From an uncultured Candidatus Saccharibacteria bacterium (GTDB lineage: Bacteria > Patescibacteriota > Saccharimonadia > Saccharimonadales > EFPC-124): a stretch of 64,000 nucleotides of DNA. Numbering within the stretch: position 1 is the first letter of the stretch; every line of letters begins with the position of its first letter. Position numbers and translations under genes: made by a program. Where the stretch lies: contig CBDDBE010000001.1 of the NCBI GenBank assembly GCA_965225085.1, forward strand, positions 257,641 through 321,640. Direction: 5' to 3'. Below are positions 18,155 to 27,219 of this stretch, piece by piece. The notes under the pieces were generated by a model, which saw only the letters and a list, made by a program, of their open reading frames with translations, had not been told where the DNA came from and ran no database searches.

Positions 18155-19804
18155 ATGTTTCATCACATCACCCCTCGCGAGAAGATTCTCGTGCTGGTCG
18201 CGGTCCTATCCGGGCTTTTCCTGGCGGCACTCGACCAAACCATCGTTGGGACAGCCCTGCCCAAGATCTTGACCGAGTTCAATGCTCTGGACAAACTCAG
18301 TTGGGTTGTAACAGGCTACTTGCTAGCATCCACCGTTACCGTGCCTATTAGCGGTAAACTCAGTGACATCTACGGACGACGCAAGCTGCTGCTTATCGGC
18401 ATTAGTATCTTTGTCGTGGGCTCCATGCTCTCGGGTGTGGCGCAAAACATCGACCAGCTCATCGCCTTCCGAGCCTTGCAGGGTATCGGCGGTGGCGTAC
18501 TGTTTGCCAATGCTTTCTCGATTGTGGGCGATCTATTCGTCCCCGCGGAACGTGGCAAATGGATGGGCGTTTTTGGCGCAGTCTTTGGCCTGAGCTCAGT
18601 AGTTGGCCCTTTGCTAGGCGGCTGGCTAACGGATGGACACAGCCTTCTGGGCGCTACGACCGACTGGCGTTGGAACTTCTATATTAATGTGCCCGTGGGC
18701 ATTATCTCGTTCGGTATGATCTGGCGATACCTGCCGACCATCGTCTCCAAAGTCAAACACTCTATCGATTACCTGGGCGCAGCATTGCTTACATTCGGGC
18801 TTGGCTCGCTGATACTTGCGACATCGCTGGGCGGCACACAGGACTGGGCCTGGGACTCGGCACGAATTATAGGGTTGTTCATTGCGGCAGTCGTACTACT
18901 GGTGACGTTTATACTGGTTGAACGCAAAGCGGCTGATCCAATCCTGCCGTTGCACTTCTTCAAGAATCCAATCTTTAACGTTGCGTCGATGCTTATCTTT
19001 ATCTTTGGTATCGGTATGTTTGGCGCTATTATCTACATTCCGCTGTTTGCGCAGGACGTTCTGAACTTCACCGCCACAAATGCCGGGATTATTCTGCTAC
19101 CGATGATTCTGGGCTTGACCATCGCAAGCGCCGTTGCCGGGCGAGTCGTGTCCAAGATTGGCCGGTACAAAACCATCCTCATCATCGGTATGGGCATTGC
19201 CGTCGTTGGTATTTTCCTGCTGACTGGTCTGACACCGCAGAGTGATTACTGGGATATGGCGTGGCGAATGGTTATCACCGGTCTTGGTCTGGGCGTAGGT
19301 ATGCCGCTGATTAACCTTGCCGTCCAGAACTCGTTCCACCAGCGCGAGATTGGCACCGCCACGGCGTCGGTTCAGCTATTCCGCAGCGTGGGCAGTACTG
19401 TCGGCATCGCCATCATGGGCGGCTTGCTCAACAACATCCTGAGCGACAAACTAAAGGGGCTTCAGGACGATCCATTTGTCAAAGTTGCAGCGGCTAGTGG
19501 ACAAGGGGACAAGCTCAGCAACATCAACGTCAACTCCGTGCAGGGTATCTTGAGCCAGCAGGGTCAAAACAGCATCACAGCCCAACTGCATCAACTACCC
19601 ACACAAGCATCTGACGCGGCGCTCACCGCCTTTCACGGCTTTGTCGCAACGCTGCAGGCTGCACTCGCCAACTCGATCACCCGCGTGTTCTTTGTGTCGG
19701 CCGGTCTGATGAGCGTTGCATTCGTGCTGAGCTTCTTCATCAAGGAAATCCCACTCAAGCATCACACTGGCGACGAAAAAGCCACTCCGTCGCCTTCAGC
19801 CTAA
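18155..19804 (+). CDS. MFS transporter, DHA2 (EmrB/QacA-like, 14-TM) efflux family
   Basis: 549-aa ORF with LDQTIVGTALPKI, GKLSDIYGRRKLLL and 14 predicted TM helices plus a soluble insertion near the C-terminus. Confidence 0.85.
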   Translation: MFHHITPREKILVLVAVLSGLFLAALDQTIVGTALPKILTEFNALDKLSWVVTGYLLASTVTVPISGKLSDIYGRRKLLLIGISIFVVGSMLSGVAQNIDQLIAFRALQGIGGGVLFANAFSIVGDLFVPAERGKWMGVFGAVFGLSSVVGPLLGGWLTDGHSLLGATTDWRWNFYINVPVGIISFGMIWRYLPTIVSKVKHSIDYLGAALLTFGLGSLILATSLGGTQDWAWDSARIIGLFIAAVVLLVTFILVERKAADPILPLHFFKNPIFNVASMLIFIFGIGMFGAIIYIPLFAQDVLNFTATNAGIILLPMILGLTIASAVAGRVVSKIGRYKTILIIGMGIAVVGIFLLTGLTPQSDYWDMAWRMVITGLGLGVGMPLINLAVQNSFHQREIGTATASVQLFRSVGSTVGIAIMGGLLNNILSDKLKGLQDDPFVKVAAASGQGDKLSNINVNSVQGILSQQGQNSITAQLHQLPTQASDAALTAFHGFVATLQAALANSITRVFFVSAGLMSVAFVLSFFIKEIPLKHHTGDEKATPSPSA

Positions 19805-20439
19805 AGAGGTCGGATAATTGCCAGGCTTTTGGCCACCTGCAAGCGCGCCGGATGAGTTTTTAACCACTCATCTACGGCGCGTTTTGCGCCCGGCAAGGCC
19901 TCGGACTGATAATCATCCACAACAATCACCGCCCCGCTACTCAGCCTGGGCCACACCAACCGCAAGCTATCTCGAATAGATTCGTAAAAGTCACCGTCCA
20001 GGAATGCGAAGGCGACCCGCTCGGGCACATGACCAGGCTGCAACTCGCCGAACCACCCCTTGTGAATAACCGGTAACGGTAGACCGGCCTGTTTGAAATG
20101 ACGTATGAAGGCCTGCCTCCCGGCCTTCAATTCACCAGCCTTGAACTGCTCGCCCGCTGGGCTGAGGTCGCGAGCCGTCTTGTCTGGCAGCCCCTCGAAC
20201 GAATCGTACACGTGCAGCGTCCGCCCAATGCCCTCAGCCAGCACCATCCGCTGCAAGAAGAGCGACGTCGTACCAACGTAACAACCAAATTCTACAACAT
20301 CACCGCCTATTCCTCGCCCCTGGACCGTTTCGAATTCATCCAAAATTTTTTGCAGTTCTGCGCGGTCAACTTGGTCCGAAATAATGGAAAACGTATCGAG
20401 AAGCTTCATGCCTCTATTGTAAAGGTTACGAAATTGCAA
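19801..20439 (-). CDS. TylF/MycF-like class I SAM-dependent O-methyltransferase
   Basis: The ORF has GDVVEFGCYVGTTSLFL, VYDSFEGLP and FLDGDFYES motifs. The start is uncertain: TTG at 20439 or ATG at 20409. Confidence 0.7.
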   Translation of the reverse strand: MQFRNLYNRGMKLLDTFSIISDQVDRAELQKILDEFETVQGRGIGGDVVEFGCYVGTTSLFLQRMVLAEGIGRTLHVYDSFEGLPDKTARDLSPAGEQFKAGELKAGRQAFIRHFKQAGLPLPVIHKGWFGELQPGHVPERVAFAFLDGDFYESIRDSLRLVWPRLSSGAVIVVDDYQSEALPGAKRAVDEWLKTHPARLQVAKSLAIIRPL

Positions 20440-20478
20440 GGAAATATCTCATTTGAGGTGCATGCTAAGATTAAATGT

Positions 20479-21123
20479 ATGGAACAGCACACTTCATTCA
20501 TCGAATTCCTCAAAAAATTCCCGGTGCGCCGTTTTCAGAAAGGCGAGATGATCGTCTGTGAAGGCCTTGCACCGCGCAAAAGTTACGTCGTCAAAAATGG
20601 TTTCGCAAAAGTATTTCTCACCACTCGCAGCGGCGAGGAAAAAGCCGTGTCGTTTGTGACATCGCACGACCTATTTCCGCTAACATGGATCTTTGGCAAA
20701 TCGGACGTCTCGCTCTACTACTATCAAGCCTACACCAACTGCGACATGGTCGAAGTGCCACGCGAGGAGCTAATACAACGCGTCGAGGAGGACCCACAGA
20801 TGATGCGTCGCGTCCTGGAATACGTCATCGACCTGGACGTCGACCTGATGCAGCATATCCACAGCCTCGAGCAGGCCAAGGCATCGGACAAACTCATGCA
20901 TGCGTTTAATTTCTTGACGCGCCGCTTCGGCAAGCGCATCACCAAGAGCCGAACCCGAATGCTGCTACCATTGACACAGCAAGATCTGGCCAACTTCCTG
21001 GGACTGACCCGCGAAACGACTGGCGCTCAGCTGAAAAAATTACAGAGGGACGGCGTCATCAACTACGAGCATCAACAATACGTCGTGCACACCGAGCGTC
21101 TGCGCACATTGCTGGAAGGCTAG
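20479..21123 (+). CDS. Crp/Fnr-family transcriptional regulator
   Basis: Start placed at ATG 20479 (MEQHTSFIEFLKKFPVRRFQKGEMIVCEG...). It has a cNMP-binding beta-barrel and a C-terminal HTH (QQDLANFLGLTRETTGAQLKKLQRDGVI). The track ORF from 20098 is an over-extension through the divergent gene. Confidence 0.85.
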   Translation: MEQHTSFIEFLKKFPVRRFQKGEMIVCEGLAPRKSYVVKNGFAKVFLTTRSGEEKAVSFVTSHDLFPLTWIFGKSDVSLYYYQAYTNCDMVEVPREELIQRVEEDPQMMRRVLEYVIDLDVDLMQHIHSLEQAKASDKLMHAFNFLTRRFGKRITKSRTRMLLPLTQQDLANFLGLTRETTGAQLKKLQRDGVINYEHQQYVVHTERLRTLLEG

Positions 21124-22467
21124 CTACTTCGTGGCATTAGGTACGGGGTTGCGTACCAGCCAGAACGACAACAGTCCCGCGCCAAGCGCCAAACATCCGC
21201 ACAAGATCACCGCAAATTGATACACATACGCTGCGCCCAAAATGCCCAACACCGCAACAACCACCAGCGATGACACTCGGGCCATAGCGTTATTGATGCC
21301 CGATGCAATCCCCGAGTCTTCCTTACTAACAGCGGCAAACACGGTCGTGGTAAGTGGCGCAACTGTCAACGCCATGCCCAGCCCAAACAGAACAATGCCC
21401 GGAAACACGCTCAGCCAATACGAAGTCCCTGCATGCAGCGGCAGCAGCGTCAAAATACCGACGCCCGCCAACACTGGGCCAAACGTCATGAACAACCGCG
21501 GTCCATATTTGCCTGATAATGCGCCGGCTTTTCCAGAAAGGGTAGTCAGCAGTATTGACACTGGCAGACCAGCCAGACCGGCCTCGATGCTGGTGTAGTG
21601 CAGCGATGTTTGCAAGTAGATTACCAGCGCAAAAAAGAAACCGCCCAGCCCACCGTACATAGCAAATGTCGCTGCATTTGCGCCCACAAAGTTCCGTGAT
21701 CTGAACAATCGGAGCGGGACCATCGGGTCTTTGTGTCGAGCCTCGTACAATAGGAACGCCACAAATGCCACAATACCTGCGCCTAATATCGCCAGCGTCA
21801 TCCATGGCCATTGCCGCATCGGCCCCTCGATCAGCCCATACGTTATCCCGGCCAGCGCCGCTACTGCCAAAAGCGCACCGCCAATGTCAATGCGCCTCGC
21901 TGCGCTAGTTCGGCTCTCTTTTATAGATGCAGCGCCTAGCCACACCACTAACGCAAGCAGCGGCGCATTTATCAGAAAAATCCAACGCCACGAAGCCACA
22001 TCTATCAAGTACCCGCCCACCAGCGGCCCAACCGCGATAATACCCGACGTCGCGGCTGTCCACAGCCCAATCGCCTTGCCCCGGAGGTCGGATTCAAAGT
22101 TAGTATCTATAAGTGCCAGCGAACCCGGGACCACCATGGCCCCGAACACACCCTGCGCTATACGCGCTGCAATCAGCACGCCGATTGTTGGCGACACAGC
22201 GCAGGCAAGCGACGCCAGGCCAAACCCAGCCGCGCCCCAAAAGTACACTTTTTTCTGTCCATATATATCCCCCAACGATCCACCCAGCAGTATTAGTGCC
22301 GACAGCGTCAAGGCATATCCGTCAACCACCCACTGCTGACCCGATAGGCCTGTTCCTAGTGCATCCGCCATCTTTGGCAGCGCCAGAGTAACCACGGAGC
22401 TGTCCAAGAACACCACTCCGCTCCCAATAATAGTCGCAAGCAAGGCCCGCCGTTGATTCGATGTCAT
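21124..22467 (-). CDS. MFS transporter, DHA2 efflux family
   Basis: Start placed at ATG 22467 (MTSNQRRALLATIIGSGVVFLDSSVV...). It has the motif GSLGDIYGQKKVY and 14 TM helices. Confidence 0.85.
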   Translation of the reverse strand: MTSNQRRALLATIIGSGVVFLDSSVVTLALPKMADALGTGLSGQQWVVDGYALTLSALILLGGSLGDIYGQKKVYFWGAAGFGLASLACAVSPTIGVLIAARIAQGVFGAMVVPGSLALIDTNFESDLRGKAIGLWTAATSGIIAVGPLVGGYLIDVASWRWIFLINAPLLALVVWLGAASIKESRTSAARRIDIGGALLAVAALAGITYGLIEGPMRQWPWMTLAILGAGIVAFVAFLLYEARHKDPMVPLRLFRSRNFVGANAATFAMYGGLGGFFFALVIYLQTSLHYTSIEAGLAGLPVSILLTTLSGKAGALSGKYGPRLFMTFGPVLAGVGILTLLPLHAGTSYWLSVFPGIVLFGLGMALTVAPLTTTVFAAVSKEDSGIASGINNAMARVSSLVVVAVLGILGAAYVYQFAVILCGCLALGAGLLSFWLVRNPVPNATK

Positions 22468-22684
22468 ACCCCTAGCGTACCCTCTGAGAGTCAAAAAAGC
22501 CAAGGTAAGATCGCATGAAAAACCCTGCTCCCCACCGAGCAGGTTGTCGTGGCTCCGCCCCTTCACAGGTGGGCCTGGTTAGAACAAGAGATGTGGGAGC
22601 CAGCCGGGCAGTCGTCGTACTCAGCGACGCCGCCCGGCCAGCCTTGGCGCCATTCCTCATTGATCCTGAGATCTTCTGGCAACC

Positions 22685-24736
22685 TCAGCTCGGCACGGAA
22701 TACAACACATTGGTCGTCGGACTCGCCCCTCCGCCCCAATACGTCTCGTACACTACGTTCCCCACCGAGCTGTAGATCTGCTGGAAGCTTCCATCATCGC
22801 TCTTGTCCAAGCTCGTGATGGTCCCACCAGAGGGAGCCGTGAAGACGGTGTCTATCCCGTTGGTGCCGTTGTCCAACCACCAGAACTCCTGGATGTGGTC
22901 GGGCATGGCGGAGTACAACTCGTGCGAGCCACCGTAGTTGTCCTTTCTGATCTGGAAGGCGCCTGCCTGACCGGACATGGCTGCATGAGTCTCGATGCTG
23001 GAGCCTGGAGTCCAATAGCTCTGCCAAGCAGTCGTGGATGTTCCGGTGTACAGGAGCTGACCGTTGCTCTGGAAGGTGTCCCACGATAGGGAACGGATGT
23101 CTCCCTGGGTGATGTTCACCATGGAGCGTGCGTTCACGCCCTGCCCTGGCAACCACCACAGCTCGTACACCCAGGTCGGGGTTGCTACGAAGACCTCGTA
23201 GGAACCATCCGATCCAGTGCCGGCGGCCATGGCCACCCCACCTGCGATGTTATTCAGGCGGTCGACATGTACGCCGTCACCACCATCCTTCCACCAGGCT
23301 TCGTATGGTCCGTCAGACGCCAACAGGTACAACCGATGGACGAACTGACTTCCCTCGTAGACGTTGGCTGCGATGACCTGGCGGACACCTGAGAGCCCAG
23401 TGACAATCTTGGCACTGGATACCCCAGTCCCTGACCGCCACCATGATTCCCACACTCCATCTGGTACAGCGGTATACACCGCTTGCGTTACACCGTCAGG
23501 CATATTTACCTTGTCGATGCCGACGATGTTGGTCTGAGAGATGGTGATGATCTGGTCAACCCTCACGCCGTCCGCGCCCGGATGCCACCAGCCTTCGGTT
23601 ACCGTCGAGTTGGTTGCTGCGTAGACCTCGTGGGTCGTACCGTCCGGAGCCAAGCTGCGCTTGACCTGGAGGATGGTAGGAGGGGGCGGGGGTGTGGTGT
23701 TGTCGGGCGAGCTCACCACCGGCCCCGAGTTCGGGTCCGGAGCTGTATACGACCCAGACGTCGCAGGCAACACACTTGGATTGAGCGCATTCCGCTTCCG
23801 GACTGCCGCCCAAGCGATTTCTGCTGCCGAGCAGGATATCCAGCCATAGTGACCAGGGCATACCTGACTGCTGCCATCCTGATATTTTGTGCCGTGCACG
23901 TCCCCAAGGAGAGACACGTAACCGGCGCACATAACATCACCAGCCGCGCACCAGCTTCCGAAGCGACCGACGAACCGCCCGAGTACATAGGGTGCTCGCT
24001 GACCAAGGATACCGTTATTCAGTATCAGTCCGAAATCACGGTATCCTGGGTCATCTCCGCGCACCCACCACCACTGCGAGCTGAAGTAAACCCGGTTCAC
24101 CCGGTCGCTGAGCGGACCCGCATAGAACTTTGGATCGCCATAGAGCGCCACGAAGCCGATGTGATCCCCGACCGCCGGCAGCAGGTTGCTGCTTTGGAGC
24201 GCCCAACCCACCACGTCCGCGCCCTGTGAGTAGCCACCAAGCACGATGGATTCGTAGGGGCATTTCGTCACGCGATTGTTGAGATGGGCGACCAGCTCGT
24301 ACATACCTATGGTGACGCTTTGGTCGTACATCTGCACGCTTAGCGGATCGGTAGATGTTTCGAGGATGTTGGCAGGGTACTCATCTGAGGCGTTGGGCTT
24401 AGGCGGAGTGACACCCGAGTAGTCCGGGCTATCAGCCATATTGACGTATACATCGCCGTCTTCGTTGCCCAGCTCAGAGAAAGCGAAACTGACATGGCTG
24501 CCATCACTTGCCGTACTAGCCTCGACAGCTTGCTTGACTGACAGGTAGAACTGGTGGGCTCGCTTGTCGTTGAGATGCTCGTACGACCCGTGTACGAACA
24601 TGGCGTAAACGCCACCATTCACACAGCCCGGGTCCGCTTTGGCCCTCTCCGCTGGCCCAACGATGGTACCGAGCAGCATCGCTGTGGCGAGCGTGATTGC
24701 TCGCATACGGCGTGGGTAATGCGCTTTGGAGCGCAT
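22685..24736 (-). CDS. secreted cutinase-like serine esterase fused to a 7-repeat WW-motif beta-propeller (lectin-like)
   Basis: Start placed at ATG 24736 (RBS GAGAAGGTGAG) with signal peptide MRAITLATAMLLGTIVGPAERAKA. The exact cutinase nucleophile elbow G-Y-S-Q-G is present (Ser codon at 24227-24229). A Pro-rich linker (TTPPPPPT) follows. Seven repeats then end in EGWWHPG, ESWWRSG, EAWWKDG, ELWWLPG, QSYWTPG, EFWWLDN and ETYWGGG. Confidence 0.7.
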   Translation of the reverse strand: MRSKAHYPRRMRAITLATAMLLGTIVGPAERAKADPGCVNGGVYAMFVHGSYEHLNDKRAHQFYLSVKQAVEASTASDGSHVSFAFSELGNEDGDVYVNMADSPDYSGVTPPKPNASDEYPANILETSTDPLSVQMYDQSVTIGMYELVAHLNNRVTKCPYESIVLGGYSQGADVVGWALQSSNLLPAVGDHIGFVALYGDPKFYAGPLSDRVNRVYFSSQWWWVRGDDPGYRDFGLILNNGILGQRAPYVLGRFVGRFGSWCAAGDVMCAGYVSLLGDVHGTKYQDGSSQVCPGHYGWISCSAAEIAWAAVRKRNALNPSVLPATSGSYTAPDPNSGPVVSSPDNTTPPPPPTILQVKRSLAPDGTTHEVYAATNSTVTEGWWHPGADGVRVDQIITISQTNIVGIDKVNMPDGVTQAVYTAVPDGVWESWWRSGTGVSSAKIVTGLSGVRQVIAANVYEGSQFVHRLYLLASDGPYEAWWKDGGDGVHVDRLNNIAGGVAMAAGTGSDGSYEVFVATPTWVYELWWLPGQGVNARSMVNITQGDIRSLSWDTFQSNGQLLYTGTSTTAWQSYWTPGSSIETHAAMSGQAGAFQIRKDNYGGSHELYSAMPDHIQEFWWLDNGTNGIDTVFTAPSGGTITSLDKSDDGSFQQIYSSVGNVVYETYWGGGASPTTNVLYSVPS

Positions 24737-24932
24737 GATACTCACCTTCTCTCTTGTTCTGTAGATGTGCCATACCCGCCCACTCCCTTTATACTTCTGG
24801 GAGGGCTGGCATTCCGAACAGGATAGCATACGTTGGGTGTGATGCAATAGGGGTTCTAGGAATTTTAGGTCTATATTGTGTTTTGAGGGAGTGTACCCTA
24901 TATTGGGGGAAATCTACATAGGAACTCTTTGC

Positions 24933-25463
24933 ATGAAGAAACGGCTCTCACTCTGGCAACGCATTACGGATAAACCATGGAAACGAACCCTAACGACCCT
25001 CGGCATTGTTACCGGAGTTGCTCTAGTTCTCTTTATCGTTGCTGAATATAGCTACCAGCTCCGTGTACAGAAGCTCGTGCATACTCTGGACGAGGTTGGG
25101 CAGGTGGCCTTAAAGTCGCGAGATGCCGTTAGTCTCACCGGGGCTGGCGTTGGAGGGCACTGCGTTCACATCATCGACGCAGCAACCGCCATTGACACGG
25201 GGCCGTGTCCAATTGCCGCAGCGACTTGGCTCGCGCTTATCACAAAAGGACAAGAAGCTTCTTTCATGACATCCGTACTTCAGAAAGGTGGAGTATCCAA
25301 CCCTGTGATTATGGAAAGTTGGGAAGCGGGCGGAACGACTGCTAGTGGCACGAGTCTCAAGGTGGAGGCATTACCGGTAGAGGGGAACAGTGAAAAGGTT
25401 CCCTACCCGGCTCCCGAAGGAAAGGAGTGGGTGCACATAAACCTTGATGCGCAGGAGCGTTAG
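24933..25463 (+). CDS. hypothetical membrane-anchored protein
   Basis: Start placed at ATG 24933 (MKKRLSLWQRITDKPWKRTLTTLGIVTGVALVLFIV...). It has one TM helix and no recognisable domain. Confidence 0.5.
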   Translation: MKKRLSLWQRITDKPWKRTLTTLGIVTGVALVLFIVAEYSYQLRVQKLVHTLDEVGQVALKSRDAVSLTGAGVGGHCVHIIDAATAIDTGPCPIAAATWLALITKGQEASFMTSVLQKGGVSNPVIMESWEAGGTTASGTSLKVEALPVEGNSEKVPYPAPEGKEWVHINLDAQER

Positions 25464-25930
25464 AGTCGAACCGTTGCGCTTCCTGGTTCGTAGATTGGCC
25501 GATTAGACCGAATCCAGACAAAAGGACTGGAGAAGTCAGGCAGTACGCTGTAGCAAGCGTGATAGCTCGTGCGTGGCGCTGCTGAGCACAAATATCAGCA
25601 ACGCGTGAGTGCGCTCGAAAACGAAGCTGAGGCGTCTTGGCGGGAATCCGTCAAGCCCGTCGGAGGCATAGCCAAAGGCGATCATGTCCAATGCGCTCAT
25701 TGGACTGACACGATAGGACTTTCCGATACAAACTGCCCGCCGGGAGCGTTGGAAGAGCACGGAGCCTTTAGGCCTACCCGCCAATGCGGCTTCCGCTGGG
25801 GCGCAATGGCTTGCCCCTGGCTTAACGGCAGAGCAATAGAGCGGTTGAGTTCGCTGATTGAAACAGCCCCGCCCTTGACATCCCTGCCCGCCTACACAAT
25901 CATTAGGGGAGTACTGACGGAGATTTGCGT

Positions 25931-26368
25931 ATGGACAGAACGGTCAAGGTTATACTATCGGCTACCGCGGGGGCGCTGATTTTTGGTGGGATCTGTCTGG
26001 TCGGACTGCAGAGCAAGGCCAATAGCAACAACGGCAGCACCAACAATCCTCCGTCTGCCTATACCAATCCGACGCCCAACGCCACCCAAGACAAAGATGT
26101 GGTACTGACCCTCACTTACACTGGCAAAGGGTTTGAGCCTAACCTTGCTACCGTAAAAGCGCGCAGCATGGTCCGTATCCGCAATCGTTCGGTGCGGCTA
26201 CTGCAGTTCGTGTCCGACCCCTACCCTGCGCAAAGTGACGACCCCGAGCTAAACCTTGGCCAGCTAAAACCAGGCGACCAAAAGACGTTCTTTGTGAGCC
26301 AAAAAGGCAAATGGGGCTACCACAACGCCCTCGACCCCAGCGAGGTCGGGACGCTGACGGTAGAATAA
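25931..26368 (+). CDS. membrane-anchored cupredoxin-like (beta-sandwich) domain protein
   Basis: ATG at 25931, one TM helix, then VVLTLTYTGKGFEPNLATVKARSMVRIRN...GTLTVE. This is the cupredoxin-like pattern without obvious Cu ligands. Confidence 0.55.
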   Translation: MDRTVKVILSATAGALIFGGICLVGLQSKANSNNGSTNNPPSAYTNPTPNATQDKDVVLTLTYTGKGFEPNLATVKARSMVRIRNRSVRLLQFVSDPYPAQSDDPELNLGQLKPGDQKTFFVSQKGKWGYHNALDPSEVGTLTVE

Positions 26369-26614
26369 CTACTTCTCTTCGCGCTCAACGGCGATAGTAC
26401 ACTCGGTGACCAAGGCTGCAATCGCACCGACAGCCGCAAGCGGCGCAGCCAACACAGCGCCTACCACACCAATTGTCAGTGGCATCTCCACAATCGTCGC
26501 GCCATCTTTACCCTTGACCGTGATTTTGCGCACGTTGCCTTCAGCGATCAGCTCTTTTACCTTCTTTAGTAAATCTTCACCGCTAACTTTGAATTCTTCG
26601 TTGCGAGTTGTCAT
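26369..26614 (-). CDS. DUF4342-like small protein
   Basis: 81-aa ORF: EEFKVSGEDLLKKVKELIAEGNVRKITVKGKDGATIVEMPLTIGVVGAVLAAPLAAVG. This pattern is typical of DUF4342 (from memory). Confidence 0.65.
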   Translation of the reverse strand: MTTRNEEFKVSGEDLLKKVKELIAEGNVRKITVKGKDGATIVEMPLTIGVVGAVLAAPLAAVGAIAALVTECTIAVEREEK

Positions 26615-26633
26615 AATTTCTCCTTGCGTTTAG

Positions 26634-27095
26634 TTAAAAATCAGCAATCACTATCTTCTTCATGCTCATCAAATGGCTAAATGCGTCTGGTCGTTTCATG
26701 AGCTCACCCATGTCCGCCGGTACAACTTGCCAGCTCAGCCCAAACTGGTCCTTGCACCAACCGCACTGCTCGGCCTGCGGAACGGTCGAAAGTTTGCTCC
26801 AATAATAGTCAATCTCTTCCTGGTCCTTGCAGGCGATGGCAAACGACACCGCTTCGTTAAACGTAAACTGCGGCCCAGCATTGATAGCCGTAAAATGCTG
26901 ACCGTTCAGGTCAAATTCGATCACCAGCTCCTTGCCGGCCATGTCTTTCTGGAAATCAGCCAAGCCTTCCTCGGCACTCTTGGGATAATACTCGGTCGAA
27001 GTTGCACGACTGTCCGGGAATACCGATGTATAGAAGTCCACAGCTTCCTTGGCGTTGCCGTCGAACCATAGGTTGGGTGTAATTTTTTGTTGCAT
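26634..27095 (-). CDS. VOC/glyoxalase-superfamily protein (PhnB / 3-demethylubiquinone-9 methyltransferase-domain type)
   Basis: 153-aa ORF with MQQKITPNLWFDGNAKEAVDFYTSVF...CGWCKDQFGLSWQV. Confidence 0.8.
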   Translation of the reverse strand: MQQKITPNLWFDGNAKEAVDFYTSVFPDSRATSTEYYPKSAEEGLADFQKDMAGKELVIEFDLNGQHFTAINAGPQFTFNEAVSFAIACKDQEEIDYYWSKLSTVPQAEQCGWCKDQFGLSWQVVPADMGELMKRPDAFSHLMSMKKIVIADF

Positions 27096-27219
27096 TTTAA
27101 TGAGTCCTCTTTCACTTAATATAGTAGCCCCTTACCATTGTTGGCATCAAGTCCTCAGCTTGACACCTCTGGTGGCGTCGTATATTGTAGCTCTGTTCCT
27201 ACGACCCCAAGGAGGTACT

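Noticed and set aside
20098-20478. 5' extensions of track ORFs: 20098 for Crp, 60558 for the sugar transferase, 27049 for YjjX-like, and 22566, 24847, 39423, 46284 and 56268 for others
   Set aside because: The extensions overlap divergent or upstream genes and lack an RBS. Internal ATGs with Shine-Dalgarno motifs and family-typical N-termini were used instead.
23483-24229. 248-aa plus-strand ORF, plus several 60-125-aa ORFs, inside 22.7-24.8 kb
   Set aside because: All are shadows of the cutinase-propeller gene and are Arg/Pro-rich. The minus-strand frame carries the signal peptide, the GYSQG motif and seven coherent repeats.
25464-25930. Identification of the ORF-free gap as tmRNA or RNase P RNA
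   Set aside because: A GGGGCTG lies on the minus strand (25870-25864), but no T-arm or ...CCACCA 3' end lies about 350 nt downstream, so it is not tmRNA. The RNase P-like P4 pairing lacks the universal GAGGAAAGUCC and ACAGAA elements and a P5 helix. It is kept only as an unassigned structured-RNA candidate.
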